Virus record (IMG/VR): IMGVR_UViG_3300042294_003246
DNA length: 64,000 nucleotides
Direction: 5' to 3' (one strand)
Source of the DNA: a virus
Lineage: Duplodnaviria > Caudoviricetes
How positions within the stretch are numbered: the stretch's first letter is position 1; each line of letters starts with the position of its first letter. Both the position numbers and the translations under genes were made by a program. Shown piece after piece: positions 9,980-19,322 of this stretch. The notes beneath the pieces were generated by a model. It searched no databases. It was not told the DNA's origin and was given only the letters and a program-made list of their open reading frames with translations.

Positions 9980-10531
9980 ATGATTAACCCAACAGGAAAA
10001 AAATTAGAGAAACTTTTATTTGGAATGTTTGACGACGCCATACAAGGTGTTGATACATATAACCATAATGGTAGTATGTGGTTGATCTTTACTGATGAAA
10101 TGAAATGGGTTGTGGAATACACTAAAGAACAAACACTATGGTATAATTACTATTTCTTCAAAAACGAAATGGAAATGATAAACTTGGATTGTGTTGATAA
10201 TAAAGACCTTATTCAAAAATGGTTTGAGTCAAGATTTTTGAATAAGAATGAGGTTAAAGAAACTGACAAATCTAATTCCAATTATCGTTTGTGTGTTAAA
10301 GACACCATTCAAAATGGTGTAAAAAACACCTGCTGGAATCGTGGAAGCAAAAACACCCGAGTTAAAGACACCATTCAAAATGGGGTAAAAAACACCCGTG
10401 GATATGTAAAACAGATTGATTCGTTGGTTAAAGACACCATTCAAAATGGGGTAAAAAACACCCAAGCCCCTTACCATTCGTTATATGAGTTAGTTAAAGA
10501 CACCATTCAAAATGGGGTGAAAGAAAAATAG
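9980..10531 (+). CDS. Hypothetical protein, conserved ~105-aa N-domain plus 22-aa VKDTIQNGVKNT repeat units
   Basis: Paralogue of 21016 and 21707. Confidence 0.8.
   Translation: MINPTGKKLEKLLFGMFDDAIQGVDTYNHNGSMWLIFTDEMKWVVEYTKEQTLWYNYYFFKNEMEMINLDCVDNKDLIQKWFESRFLNKNEVKETDKSNSNYRLCVKDTIQNGVKNTCWNRGSKNTRVKDTIQNGVKNTRGYVKQIDSLVKDTIQNGVKNTQAPYHSLYELVKDTIQNGVKEK
10295..10528. CRISPR. CRISPR-like array in frame inside ORF 9980: 4 repeats (36 nt), 3 spacers (30 nt)
   Basis: GTTAAAGACACCATTCAAAATGGGGTAAAAAACACC at 10295, 10361, 10427, 10493 (last degenerate); spacers unique, exactly 30 nt. Confidence 0.7.
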
Positions 10532-10566
10532 ATTTACAAAAAAATTATTTATATATTTGTGTTATT

Positions 10567-10980
10567 ATGAAGAAGATTTATTTAGACGATGTTAGAACGC
10601 CTGTTGATAAAGAATGGATTGTTGTTCGTTCTTACGATGAGTTCGTTGAAAAAATAAATGAGATTGGTTTGAATAATATCCAACTCATTTCGTTAGATCA
10701 CGATTTGGGTGATACCGCAATTGATGAGTGGAAAAGAAATGTTTATACAAACTACACAATTAATTACGATAACATTACCGAAAAGACCGGTATGGATTGT
10801 GTTAAATGGTTGGTTAATGAATGGATGAATGGTAAACCTGTTGTTGATGTTGTGGTTCATTCACACAACGCAATTGGAAGTGGTAATATGTGTGGTTATA
10901 TCAACAACTACAGACACATCAATCGTTTAAAACAAAATTGCATTAGACTTGAGTGGGATTATACAATAGAAAAAATATAA
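10567..10980 (+). CDS. Cyclic-phosphate processing receiver-domain protein
   Basis: IYLDDVRTP and ISLDHDLG motifs, VHSHN. Confidence 0.8.
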   Translation: MKKIYLDDVRTPVDKEWIVVRSYDEFVEKINEIGLNNIQLISLDHDLGDTAIDEWKRNVYTNYTINYDNITEKTGMDCVKWLVNEWMNGKPVVDVVVHSHNAIGSGNMCGYINNYRHINRLKQNCIRLEWDYTIEKI

Positions 10981-10983
10981 GAA

Positions 10984-11508
10984 ATGGATTTAACTAAACT
11001 AACAATGGACGAACTTATTTCTTTAAGAAATAAAATTGAAGGACTTATTCATTCATATGAGGACGGTTATATCTACATATGTTCTGTTCGTCAGTTCGGT
11101 AGTGTTTGGGAAGAAAGACCAACCAGTCTGTATTCATTAAGGGAATTGTGTGATTCTTATTACGGCGACAATGGAATTGTTGATGTTTATACCAATAATC
11201 CAAATTTGGAATTTCCTGAAATGGAGTTTTATAATTATGGTGATGTTATGTATATCAATTCAGAATATGATTACAGGGAGTGGATTAAACACACTAAGGC
11301 TAAAAATCTTATTGAAGATGTAACTGAACGACTTGATGAGTGGGACAAAAGTAAAGATAAACCATTTCAATACCGACCATCTTCCAAACCAATATGGACA
11401 AGAGAAGATGTTAGTGAATGGATTAAAGAGTTTGAAAATACCAAGTGGGATTTTGTTGAACCAAGATCTATGAAGAAAGAATATTCTGAAGAAGATAGTG
11501 ACGAATAA
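10984..11508 (+). CDS. Hypothetical protein
   Basis: 174-aa ORF. Confidence 0.7.
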   Translation: MDLTKLTMDELISLRNKIEGLIHSYEDGYIYICSVRQFGSVWEERPTSLYSLRELCDSYYGDNGIVDVYTNNPNLEFPEMEFYNYGDVMYINSEYDYREWIKHTKAKNLIEDVTERLDEWDKSKDKPFQYRPSSKPIWTREDVSEWIKEFENTKWDFVEPRSMKKEYSEEDSDE

Positions 11509-11532
11509 AAAAAATATTATTATTTTTGTAAA

Positions 11533-12660
11533 ATGGAAAATTTAAATAGTGTTGCATATGTAGGTAAAGTTGGTGTTCCAACTCAAATACCAGGTGCTGA
11601 TAATATAGAACTTGTTACGGTTAATGGTTGGATGGCCATAACCAAAAAAGGTGAATATAAAGAAGGAGACTTGGTTGTTGTTGCAACTACTGACGCTGTA
11701 ATACCACAAGAATTATCTGATAGTATGGGAGTAACTGGTTACCTTCGTAAAGGTCAACGAGTTAGAACCGTGAAACTTCGTGGAGTTTACTCTGAATGTT
11801 TAATAATACCAACTAAATACATACCCGGATATGGAGATCAATATTACGAGGGTATGGATATGATGGAAAGGTTGGGTATATTCAAATACGAACCTCCTGT
11901 TAAGATGGTTGAAATGAGTGTTGGTGGAAGAAAAATCAAATACTACCAAAATCCAAACTTCCATGTTTACTATAAGTTTCCAAATCAAAAGAATGTGCCC
12001 GATATGTTCAATGAAGAGGACGAAGTGGTTATAACAAGAAAACTTCACGGAACTAATGCTCGTTATGCGATAGTTAGGAAGAAAAAACTTTCTTTGTGGG
12101 ACCGAGTTAAAATATTCTTCGGTGATAAATGGAAGGCCTTTGATTACATCTATGGGTCTCATAATGTTGAGAAAGGATCTGACTCACAAGGGTTTTATTC
12201 TACAGATGTTTGGGATGAGGTTGCAAAAAAATACAATATCCGATCAAAACTTTGGAATCACCTAAAAGATACTTACAATCCTGAAGATTTGGAACAGGGT
12301 TTTATTATATATGGTGAAATATATGGTGCTGGCATACAAAAAAACTATGACTATGGTTTATCTGATATAAAATTTGCAGGATTTGATGTTGAGGTTGATG
12401 GAGAATACGAACCATATATGAGAGAAAAAACACACTTCGAGGTAATGGATTTACCACAAGTTGATGTGTTATATCATGGTAATTGGAATAAAGAAGAACA
12501 AGACAAATACGTCTTCAACAACTTTATTGAAGGATCTAAAGTTCCTCATGAAGGTGTTGTTGTAAAGTCAATTACCGGTGATCGTCACAAAGTGGCAAAA
12601 GTTATCAATCCTGACTATTTGATCTACGGAGAAAAAAATAATGTTGGTGACTCCCATTAA
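11533..12660 (+). CDS. RNA ligase (DRB0094/Rnl2-like family)
   Basis: N-terminal IPGADNIE...GQRVRTVKLRGVYSE OB-like region; motif I KLHGTN; IYGEIYG, FAGFDV, HEGVV, KVIN. Confidence 0.9.
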   Translation: MENLNSVAYVGKVGVPTQIPGADNIELVTVNGWMAITKKGEYKEGDLVVVATTDAVIPQELSDSMGVTGYLRKGQRVRTVKLRGVYSECLIIPTKYIPGYGDQYYEGMDMMERLGIFKYEPPVKMVEMSVGGRKIKYYQNPNFHVYYKFPNQKNVPDMFNEEDEVVITRKLHGTNARYAIVRKKKLSLWDRVKIFFGDKWKAFDYIYGSHNVEKGSDSQGFYSTDVWDEVAKKYNIRSKLWNHLKDTYNPEDLEQGFIIYGEIYGAGIQKNYDYGLSDIKFAGFDVEVDGEYEPYMREKTHFEVMDLPQVDVLYHGNWNKEEQDKYVFNNFIEGSKVPHEGVVVKSITGDRHKVAKVINPDYLIYGEKNNVGDSH

Positions 12661-12709
12661 CTTGATGGGATCACCTTTTTTACTTATCATTTAAAAAAAC
12701 AAATAAATT

Positions 12710-12976
12710 ATGCCTTACTTAAGATTACATGTAGATATTGACGAGATCTACGACGACATGGATAGAAGTGACAAAAGACAAATGGCCGAATGGTTATATG
12801 ATGATGGGACATTGGGAAAACACCCCAATCCTGATATTAGAAGACTTATAAGGGGTGAAGAAGAAACACACGGAGAAGCAGAACTTCGAGACAATCTCAC
12901 CAAACTATGGAACGGACATTTTAGACTTTCCAATGAAGACGAAGAAATTATTAAAAAAATTGCAAACAAATTGTGA
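12710..12976 (+). CDS. Hypothetical protein
   Basis: ORF. Confidence 0.65.
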   Translation: MPYLRLHVDIDEIYDDMDRSDKRQMAEWLYDDGTLGKHPNPDIRRLIRGEEETHGEAELRDNLTKLWNGHFRLSNEDEEIIKKIANKL

Positions 12977-13170
12977 TGGAAAATGAATATTTGGTTCGAT
13001 TCGCAAATGAAAGTTATTATCAAACAAGATTAAAAATTGATTCATCCAAAGTTAAAGACCCTCTCGAATTAAGAGAAGAGGTATTTTTTACTATCGATGA
13101 TGTAAGAATGTCGGTGAAAAAAGAAGATTGGAAAAAGATAATAAATAAAGAAGTTAAAAATAAAATATGA
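12973..13170 (+). CDS. Hypothetical protein
   Basis: ORF, overlaps neighbours. Confidence 0.6.
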   Translation: MMENEYLVRFANESYYQTRLKIDSSKVKDPLELREEVFFTIDDVRMSVKKEDWKKIINKEVKNKI

Positions 13171-14174
13171 TGGATAAAGAATTTGAAAAACTAATTGAAG
13201 AATTAGACAACTTAGAAATTAATGAACCCATAAGTATTATGACTAAGTATTCAGATGAACCTTCATTTGATTATAATCAAGAAGAATCTTCTATAAACAC
13301 TAACTCGGCAACTCCAACATGTTGGGGAACATTACAAGACGAAGAATTTGTTCCTGCATTTAAGTCTGTAGATAAAGTTCCTTCTGGTATTTATGAGATA
13401 GTATGGAATAGACAAGTATCTCAACACACAATAAAAAAACAACCTTTTAAAACAGATGAATTATATCAGTTACCTTCTTACGAAATTCAAGACATCCTTA
13501 AAGACATCCAAAATTTTTGGGATCGTAGAGACAAATATAGAGAGTATAACTTTGTTCATAAGCGTGGGATTCTAATGTATGGTGAACCTGGTTGTGGTAA
13601 GTCAGGTATCATCCAATTAATATCAAAACAACTAATTGAAAACGACGGGATTATTCTAAACATTAAAGATCATGACGATGTAGAATACTTTATTGACTTT
13701 ATTGCGACTTTTAGAAAGATTGAACCAAATAGACCATTAATTGTATTATTGGAAGACATTGACTCAATCGCAGGGGAAAGTAATCACTCAACAAGTAAGT
13801 TGTTGAATATATTAGACGGTGTTAAACAGATCGAAGATGTTGTATATATTGCAACAACCAACTATCCTGAGAAACTACAAGAACGTATTACAAATCGACC
13901 ATCTCGTTTTGATCGGAGATATAAAGTTGAACTTCCAAATGAAGAAATTAGAGAAGCATATATTCGTCACAAATTAAAAGATGAGGATTTGAAAAATGTA
14001 AACGTCTCTGAGTGGGTAAAAAGAACTGAAGGAATGTCTCTTTCACACTTGAAGGAAGTCGTAATTTCAACTATTGTTATGGGTAGAGAATTTGAAGAAG
14101 TTATGGATAATTTGGAAGGGTTGAAAAAAGCTCCAACAATTAAAGGATCAGGTAAAGTAGGTTTTGGGCGATGA
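13167..14174 (+). CDS. AAA+ ATPase
   Basis: Walker A GEPGCGKS, Walker B LLEDID, ATTNYPE, RPSRFDR. Confidence 0.9.
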   Translation: MMDKEFEKLIEELDNLEINEPISIMTKYSDEPSFDYNQEESSINTNSATPTCWGTLQDEEFVPAFKSVDKVPSGIYEIVWNRQVSQHTIKKQPFKTDELYQLPSYEIQDILKDIQNFWDRRDKYREYNFVHKRGILMYGEPGCGKSGIIQLISKQLIENDGIILNIKDHDDVEYFIDFIATFRKIEPNRPLIVLLEDIDSIAGESNHSTSKLLNILDGVKQIEDVVYIATTNYPEKLQERITNRPSRFDRRYKVELPNEEIREAYIRHKLKDEDLKNVNVSEWVKRTEGMSLSHLKEVVISTIVMGREFEEVMDNLEGLKKAPTIKGSGKVGFGR

Positions 14175-14479
14175 AAAGATTAATTTTGTATTCACCTTTA
14201 ATCATTATGATGTTATTTAATGTTTTTGCAAGTTTATACTCCAAAAATTTAACATCTTTTTTAATATCAATAATACTAATAGTATTTTTTTACTTTTTTT
14301 ATACAAAAAACACAAACAAATGAAAATAGAACACGACGGAGATATTTATGAAACGGTAATAACTAAACCAATTTTGGAAGGTGATTACTATTACGATTGT
14401 ATGACCCATGAAGTCAAAAAATGTAAAACCTACATTTGTTTTGATCCATGGTCACTAAAAATGGAAATAATAAAAGAAC

Positions 14480-14710
14480 ATGAAACTACAGATGAATAAA
14501 AATCGAACCATTTATTTAACCATCAAATTAATTTTGATTATGGTTTATGTAACTCTAACAAGTTGTAAATCAAGTAAATCAGGATGTGATGCTTATGGAA
14601 CAAACTACGAACTAAAAACCGATTCAACAATCGTTAAATTCCAACATTGTCATATTCCAAAGGAAAATTATTGTTATTACACAACCGATACAATTTATCT
14701 AAAAAAGTAA
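14480..14710 (+). CDS. Small putative lipoprotein
   Basis: Hydrophobic leader with lipobox LTSC followed by KSSKSGCDAYG. Confidence 0.55.
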   Translation: MKLQMNKNRTIYLTIKLILIMVYVTLTSCKSSKSGCDAYGTNYELKTDSTIVKFQHCHIPKENYCYYTTDTIYLKK

Positions 14711-14753
14711 TACAAGACTTTTTTATCTCACTTTTAATGATTACTTTTGTATC

Positions 14754-15146
14754 ATGGAAAAAATACTATACATAATTAGAGGATGCCCAAATTCTGGCAA
14801 ATCGACTTTGGCAAAACAATTGACGGCAAACGTATTCGAAGCCGATCATTATTTTTATGATAATGATGGTAATTATAATTTTGTTCCTTCAGAAATAAAA
14901 GAGGCTCATAAAGAATGTCAAGAGTTTGTTAAACATGCGATGACATCGGGTATTAAAAAAATTGCGGTGTCCAATACCTTCACACAAGAGTGGGAAATGA
15001 AACCATACTTTGAACTTGCAAAAGAACATGGATATATGGTCTTCAGTATTATAGTAGAAAATCGTCACGGAAATACCAACCAACACGGAGTTCCTGATGA
15101 TAAAATAGAACAAATGAAAAATCGATTCCAAATTAAATTAGTATGA
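14754..15146 (+). CDS. P-loop kinase (AAA_33/polynucleotide-kinase-like)
   Basis: IRGCPNSGKST, EADHYF, VSNTFT, HGVP. Confidence 0.85.
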   Translation: MEKILYIIRGCPNSGKSTLAKQLTANVFEADHYFYDNDGNYNFVPSEIKEAHKECQEFVKHAMTSGIKKIAVSNTFTQEWEMKPYFELAKEHGYMVFSIIVENRHGNTNQHGVPDDKIEQMKNRFQIKLV

Positions 15147-15796
15147 AGTTTGATGATATATTAGTAACAGGTAAAGTTTGGGTTACCTCAGATATTCACT
15201 ACAGCCACAAAAATATTTGTCGAGGTGTAACAAATTGGAGAACTCAAGACGGACAAATCCCAATCAATTCTACGAGGGATTTTCAAACAATAGACGAAAT
15301 GAATGACGTGTTGGTAAATAACATCAATTCAAAAGTCGGACAAGATGATACATTAATAATGTTGGGAGATATTGTTTTTGGTGGATTTGAAAATGTTAGG
15401 AAGTTTTTAGATCGTTTAGTTTGTGAAAATATTCATCTTGTTTTAGGAAATCACGATCACCACATACGAAACAATCGAGAAAATATTCGAGAAAGTTTCA
15501 GTAGTGTATCTGATTACTTACAAGTTAAAATCTACGGACAAAACTTTGTGATGTGTCACTATCCCTTCTCAAGTTGGAACGAATTAAATAAAGGATCAAT
15601 TCACTTACACGGACACGTTCATTTGTCTAATAAAGATAAGTGGGGTCGAGGTAAACGACTTGATGTTGGTGTTGATGGAAATAATTATCACCCATATAGT
15701 TTAAGTGAGATTGTGCATATGATGGATCGAAGATCAATTAGTTCTGAATTAGATGTTGATCACCATTTGGATGATTTAGTTGGAGTTGTTGGATAA
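15143..15796 (+). CDS. Calcineurin-like metallophosphoesterase
   Basis: SDIHYSH, LGD, LGNHD, CHYP, HGHVH, DVGVD. Confidence 0.9.
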   Translation: MKFDDILVTGKVWVTSDIHYSHKNICRGVTNWRTQDGQIPINSTRDFQTIDEMNDVLVNNINSKVGQDDTLIMLGDIVFGGFENVRKFLDRLVCENIHLVLGNHDHHIRNNRENIRESFSSVSDYLQVKIYGQNFVMCHYPFSSWNELNKGSIHLHGHVHLSNKDKWGRGKRLDVGVDGNNYHPYSLSEIVHMMDRRSISSELDVDHHLDDLVGVVG

Positions 15797-15872
15797 TTTT
15801 TTTTTCAAAAAGTTTGGTGAATTAATTTTTATCACTATCTTTGTAGTGTAATCATTTAAACACACCATCACT

Positions 15873-16601
15873 ATGTCAACTTTAACTCTCGTCCAAAATT
15901 ATCAAGGTTCTAACTCTTTCGTCCTTAAAATGAAAGATGTAATTTCTAAATATGGCAAACTAACTGTAAGTCAAGCGGCTACTGTTGAAAAGATCTTAAA
16001 TGCTCCTGTTGAAGCAAAACAGGTTGAGTTGACTGAGGACATGAAAAAAATTCAAGCCTACACTGGTGAGAATTCTTTCGTGAAAGATATCCAGTCTAAA
16101 CTTGAGAAATATGGTAAGTTGTCTGATAAACAAGTGTCAGCGGCTTTGAACCAAATTCAAAAAGAGGAAAATAAAGCGGCTACCAAGAAAATGAATATCC
16201 CCGCTGAGGGAGATACAATTCAAGTTGGTCGAAAAATCGGTCAACAAATGAAAGAGACTTATGGTCTTCAGTTTAATCCTACAATTTTGGATATCACTAA
16301 AGTTTTAGGAATTTCACCTAAAGCCGTTAAGTTCGCAGGTAAGATGACTGTGAAGAGAGCAAAAGTTTGTGTGTGTTGTGCAAAGACTTTGACTGACGAG
16401 TTTTCAATGTTGACTACGATGGGTAAGACATGTGCTAAACACATGGGTGTTGAATACATCAAAGACAAGAGTCAGGCGGATCGTTTCCGTGAGGACTACC
16501 TAAAACGAGTAGAAGAGATCGGTGTGATGGAATTTTGGGTTCCTAAGTCACAACTTAAGAACTGGGAAGGTGACACCAACTTCTTACTTGAAATTTTATA
16601 A
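15873..16601 (+). CDS. Hypothetical protein with DUF6011-like Zn motif
   Basis: CVCCAKTLTD..S....MGKTCAKH; TATCTTTG promoter at 15836-15843. Confidence 0.65.
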   Translation: MSTLTLVQNYQGSNSFVLKMKDVISKYGKLTVSQAATVEKILNAPVEAKQVELTEDMKKIQAYTGENSFVKDIQSKLEKYGKLSDKQVSAALNQIQKEENKAATKKMNIPAEGDTIQVGRKIGQQMKETYGLQFNPTILDITKVLGISPKAVKFAGKMTVKRAKVCVCCAKTLTDEFSMLTTMGKTCAKHMGVEYIKDKSQADRFREDYLKRVEEIGVMEFWVPKSQLKNWEGDTNFLLEIL

Positions 16602-16603
16602 TT

Positions 16604-16628
16604 AAATCCCCACTTTAATGTGGGGTTT
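16604..16628 (+). terminator. Intrinsic terminator
   Basis: AAATCCCCAC-TTTAAT-GTGGGGTTT hairpin after stop. Confidence 0.7.
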
Positions 16629-16642
16629 TATATTTATATCAT

Positions 16643-17161
16643 ATGAAAAGACTAATAGAAAGAGTTATTAAACAATATTTGTTTGAAATCAGAAAATTCC
16701 CAAAACAAAAAGGAACTAAGGTTTACAATGATATGATGTATAAAATAATATCAACATATCATCAATGGTTTGATAGACATGGTGACAATACTTATGATGA
16801 GAATTATGATTTGTTTTTTGAAAAAAATCTCTCAGATGATGGTTACAGAGTTGGTGTTCCTGATGAAATATTGGTTCCTATAATACAGAATAAAATAGAA
16901 AAAATTATTGAGAGTTTTAAAATTCACAATCCATGTAATAAAAGAATTATTTTTACTAAAGTAAGAAACGATAATCAAGATGAAGAATATTTTGATTTTG
17001 TTGAATTTGTGATTCAAAAAGATGATAATGAGTTAAAAATTATAAGTTCGGCATTTTCGGAGGACGGTAACTTTTTATATTTTGGAGTAAAACCAAGAAG
17101 TAAAAAAGAAAATTTAAAAGAAAATTCATGTAAAAGTGGTGAAATAGTTGTGCAGTTGTAA
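16643..17161 (+). CDS. Hypothetical protein
   Basis: ORF preceded by TATTTAT motif. Confidence 0.7.
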   Translation: MKRLIERVIKQYLFEIRKFPKQKGTKVYNDMMYKIISTYHQWFDRHGDNTYDENYDLFFEKNLSDDGYRVGVPDEILVPIIQNKIEKIIESFKIHNPCNKRIIFTKVRNDNQDEEYFDFVEFVIQKDDNELKIISSAFSEDGNFLYFGVKPRSKKENLKENSCKSGEIVVQL

Positions 17162-17169
17162 AAAATCAC

Positions 17170-17177
17170 TATCTTTG
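17170..17177 (+). promoter_or_regulatory. Bacteroidota-type -7 promoter element TATCTTTG with no ORF downstream
   Basis: Matches TAnnTTTG; same motif precedes ORFs at 7712, 15873, 30476, 55298. Confidence 0.6.
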
Positions 17178-17184
17178 TTTAAGA

Positions 17185-17400
17185 ATTGATTGTTATTGGT
17201 TCAATCATTAAAAAATACCAATCGTAGGGTGTCTGGCGTAATCCGACACAGGTTGAAAATCCCACCCCTAGGTAAAATTATCCCCATCTTAATGGTGGGG
17301 ATTTTATTTTAAGAGACCCCATCCTTAGTGGTGGGCTTTTAGGACCGTTATCCGTTAGGGTAACAATTAAAAGGGGGAATTCGCTACTCCCCCTTTTTTT
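17185..17400 (+). ncRNA. Candidate structured non-coding RNA(s)
   Basis: GC-rich stems in an ORF-free gap, promoter upstream, hairpin plus U-tract at 17369-17400. Confidence 0.35.
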
Positions 17401-17423
17401 ATTTAACAAAGTATTTATCTTAT

Positions 17424-17870
17424 ATGAAAATAATAATAACAGAAAGTCAGTATAATCTTTTATTTGAAAATAAAAAAAATCAATCTTTAATTGATATTAT
17501 TAAAGAAGAAGGTTGGGAATCTGCCGCTGAATTAGTTGGAGGTATTGAGAATCTTAAAAAATTGACAGGAATTGAAACTCCTATAGATTTTTTAAATATT
17601 TTTACTGATTTGGATGTTGTTCAGAGTGAAGAAGAACCTAATTGGACTTTATTTAGGTATGAAAAAAAAAATAATGTAATGATTTACGATAGAAAAAATA
17701 ACAATGTTTATATATATTATGATGTTATTTGGCCATTTTTAGAAGAAGGTTTTGATCTTAAAAACTCTGAAATACAACAACTTACAGAAGAGTGGTTGTC
17801 TGAGGCTTACAATTTGAGGGGAGTAACAACTTATCCATCTATAATGGGTCGGCACTCATTAGTTGTCTGA
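17424..17870 (+). CDS. MKIIITE-leader hypothetical protein ending in a CRISPR-like unit
   Basis: Paralogue of 47879. Confidence 0.75.
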   Translation: MKIIITESQYNLLFENKKNQSLIDIIKEEGWESAAELVGGIENLKKLTGIETPIDFLNIFTDLDVVQSEEEPNWTLFRYEKKNNVMIYDRKNNNVYIYYDVIWPFLEEGFDLKNSEIQQLTEEWLSEAYNLRGVTTYPSIMGRHSLVV

Positions 17871-17880
17871 GGCTTACAAT
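17795..17880. CRISPR. Mini-array: 36-nt type VI-B-like repeat, 31-nt spacer, 19-nt partial repeat
   Basis: GTTGTCTGAGGCTTACAATTTGAGGGGAGTAACAAC (17795-17830); exact copy of first 19 nt at 17862-17880. Confidence 0.65.
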
Positions 17881-18009
17881 CTATAATGAAATAGTTATAC
17901 TTTCTTTTCTATTTTATATAAACCACTATAATTTGATTATGGTTGGTATTTTATTTACATTTGCAGTATTAGTAATTGGTGTTTTAGGAAAACACAGAAA
18001 ATTTTTAAA

Positions 18010-18645
18010 ATGAAAGTTATATTCTTGGATATTGATGGAGTTATGAACTCTAATGTTTTTTATAAAGAAAGACATAGAAGACGATGGAGAAAACCTATCA
18101 CATGGTGGTATGAATTAAAGCGATTGGTTAGAAAATTGTTTAGAATTAAATCAAAAGGAGTTTCTTTGGCGGATTATAAACCACCTAAAAAGTCTTTCAC
18201 TTTTGAATATCAATTCAAGGATTTACGAGAAGAAACTTGTGATCAAAAGTGGAAATGGTTGAGCGAATGGTGTAATAAAACTAACACAAAAATTTGTGTT
18301 TCTTCGAGTTGGAAACATCACTTTCGTATTGAGGATCATATATCAACACCTTATAGATGGGAAGACGCATTTGTTAAACTTGGATTTAAACCAGGAACTT
18401 ATGTAGGAATCACTGGTAATAGAAGAACTTTACGAGGTGAAGAAATTAAAGAGTGGTTGGATCAACACCCTGAAGTTGATGATTACGCAATATTAGACGA
18501 TGATTCAGATATGTTGACAGAACAATTTTCAAAGTTCCATCACTGTGACACTTGGTTTGGTTTATCCCCAAACCACTTGTATAGAATTGGAAGACAATTT
18601 GAAAACAAAAGTAATTACGAAAGATTAACACAAACAATAAGATAA
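18010..18645 (+). CDS. HAD-superfamily (Swiss Army Knife RNA-repair-like) protein
   Basis: IFLDIDGV, VSSSW, RGEEIKEWL, YAILDDDSDM. Confidence 0.85.
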   Translation: MKVIFLDIDGVMNSNVFYKERHRRRWRKPITWWYELKRLVRKLFRIKSKGVSLADYKPPKKSFTFEYQFKDLREETCDQKWKWLSEWCNKTNTKICVSSSWKHHFRIEDHISTPYRWEDAFVKLGFKPGTYVGITGNRRTLRGEEIKEWLDQHPEVDDYAILDDDSDMLTEQFSKFHHCDTWFGLSPNHLYRIGRQFENKSNYERLTQTIR

Positions 18646-19232
18646 TGAAAGTTATATTCTTAGATCATGATAGTGTAATTTGTCTCTCTAATAATTGGGG
18701 TAGTCGTTACAAAAAACAACACAAATGGGGAGGAAGAAAATTATCCATGACCCCAAGAGAAATTCCGGTGCAATATCGTTTTGATGACTTTGATAAAGGG
18801 ACAATTAAAGTTCTAAATGAGATCATTGAAGAAACTGGATGTGAAATAGTGGTAAGTTCTGATTGGAGATTACATGCAACACTTGATGAACTTGGTGATT
18901 ACTATATTAGTCAAGGTATTATTAAACGACCAATTGCGGTGACTGACATATTTAGAGACCTTTTTCCAAAAGAATGGAATGCGTTTAGATTTCGTGCTGA
19001 GTTGGAATTAGAACGAAGTATGGAGATCGGACATTGGTTAAAGAATCATCCTGAAGTCACACATTGGGTTGCGATTGATGATCTTAATATGAGTCTTGAG
19101 TTTTTATCAAAATACTTCTTGGATAGTGAGGATAAAAACCCTGGTCTAACTAATTTTGTTTTAACACCAAGATCAAGAGAAGGTATTAAACAAAGTGGGA
19201 TTAAAGAAAAGGTTATTAATTTTTTAAAATGA
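18645..19232 (+). CDS. HAD-superfamily protein, paralogue of 6249
   Basis: IFLDHDSV (G to S), VVSSDWR, VAIDD. Confidence 0.8.
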   Translation: MKVIFLDHDSVICLSNNWGSRYKKQHKWGGRKLSMTPREIPVQYRFDDFDKGTIKVLNEIIEETGCEIVVSSDWRLHATLDELGDYYISQGIIKRPIAVTDIFRDLFPKEWNAFRFRAELELERSMEIGHWLKNHPEVTHWVAIDDLNMSLEFLSKYFLDSEDKNPGLTNFVLTPRSREGIKQSGIKEKVINFLK

Positions 19233-19322
19233 AAAGAACAATTCAAAAGATTCTTCTTTGGTGGTCGTTTAGATTTCCAAAGAAAAAACGAAAATCAATT
19301 TGGAATCTTTAAATTATATTAT

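Noticed and set aside
10229-10477. Antisense ORFs across the repeat arrays (also 21394-21630)
   Set aside because: By-products of stop-free reverse frames in repeated sequence; no start context.
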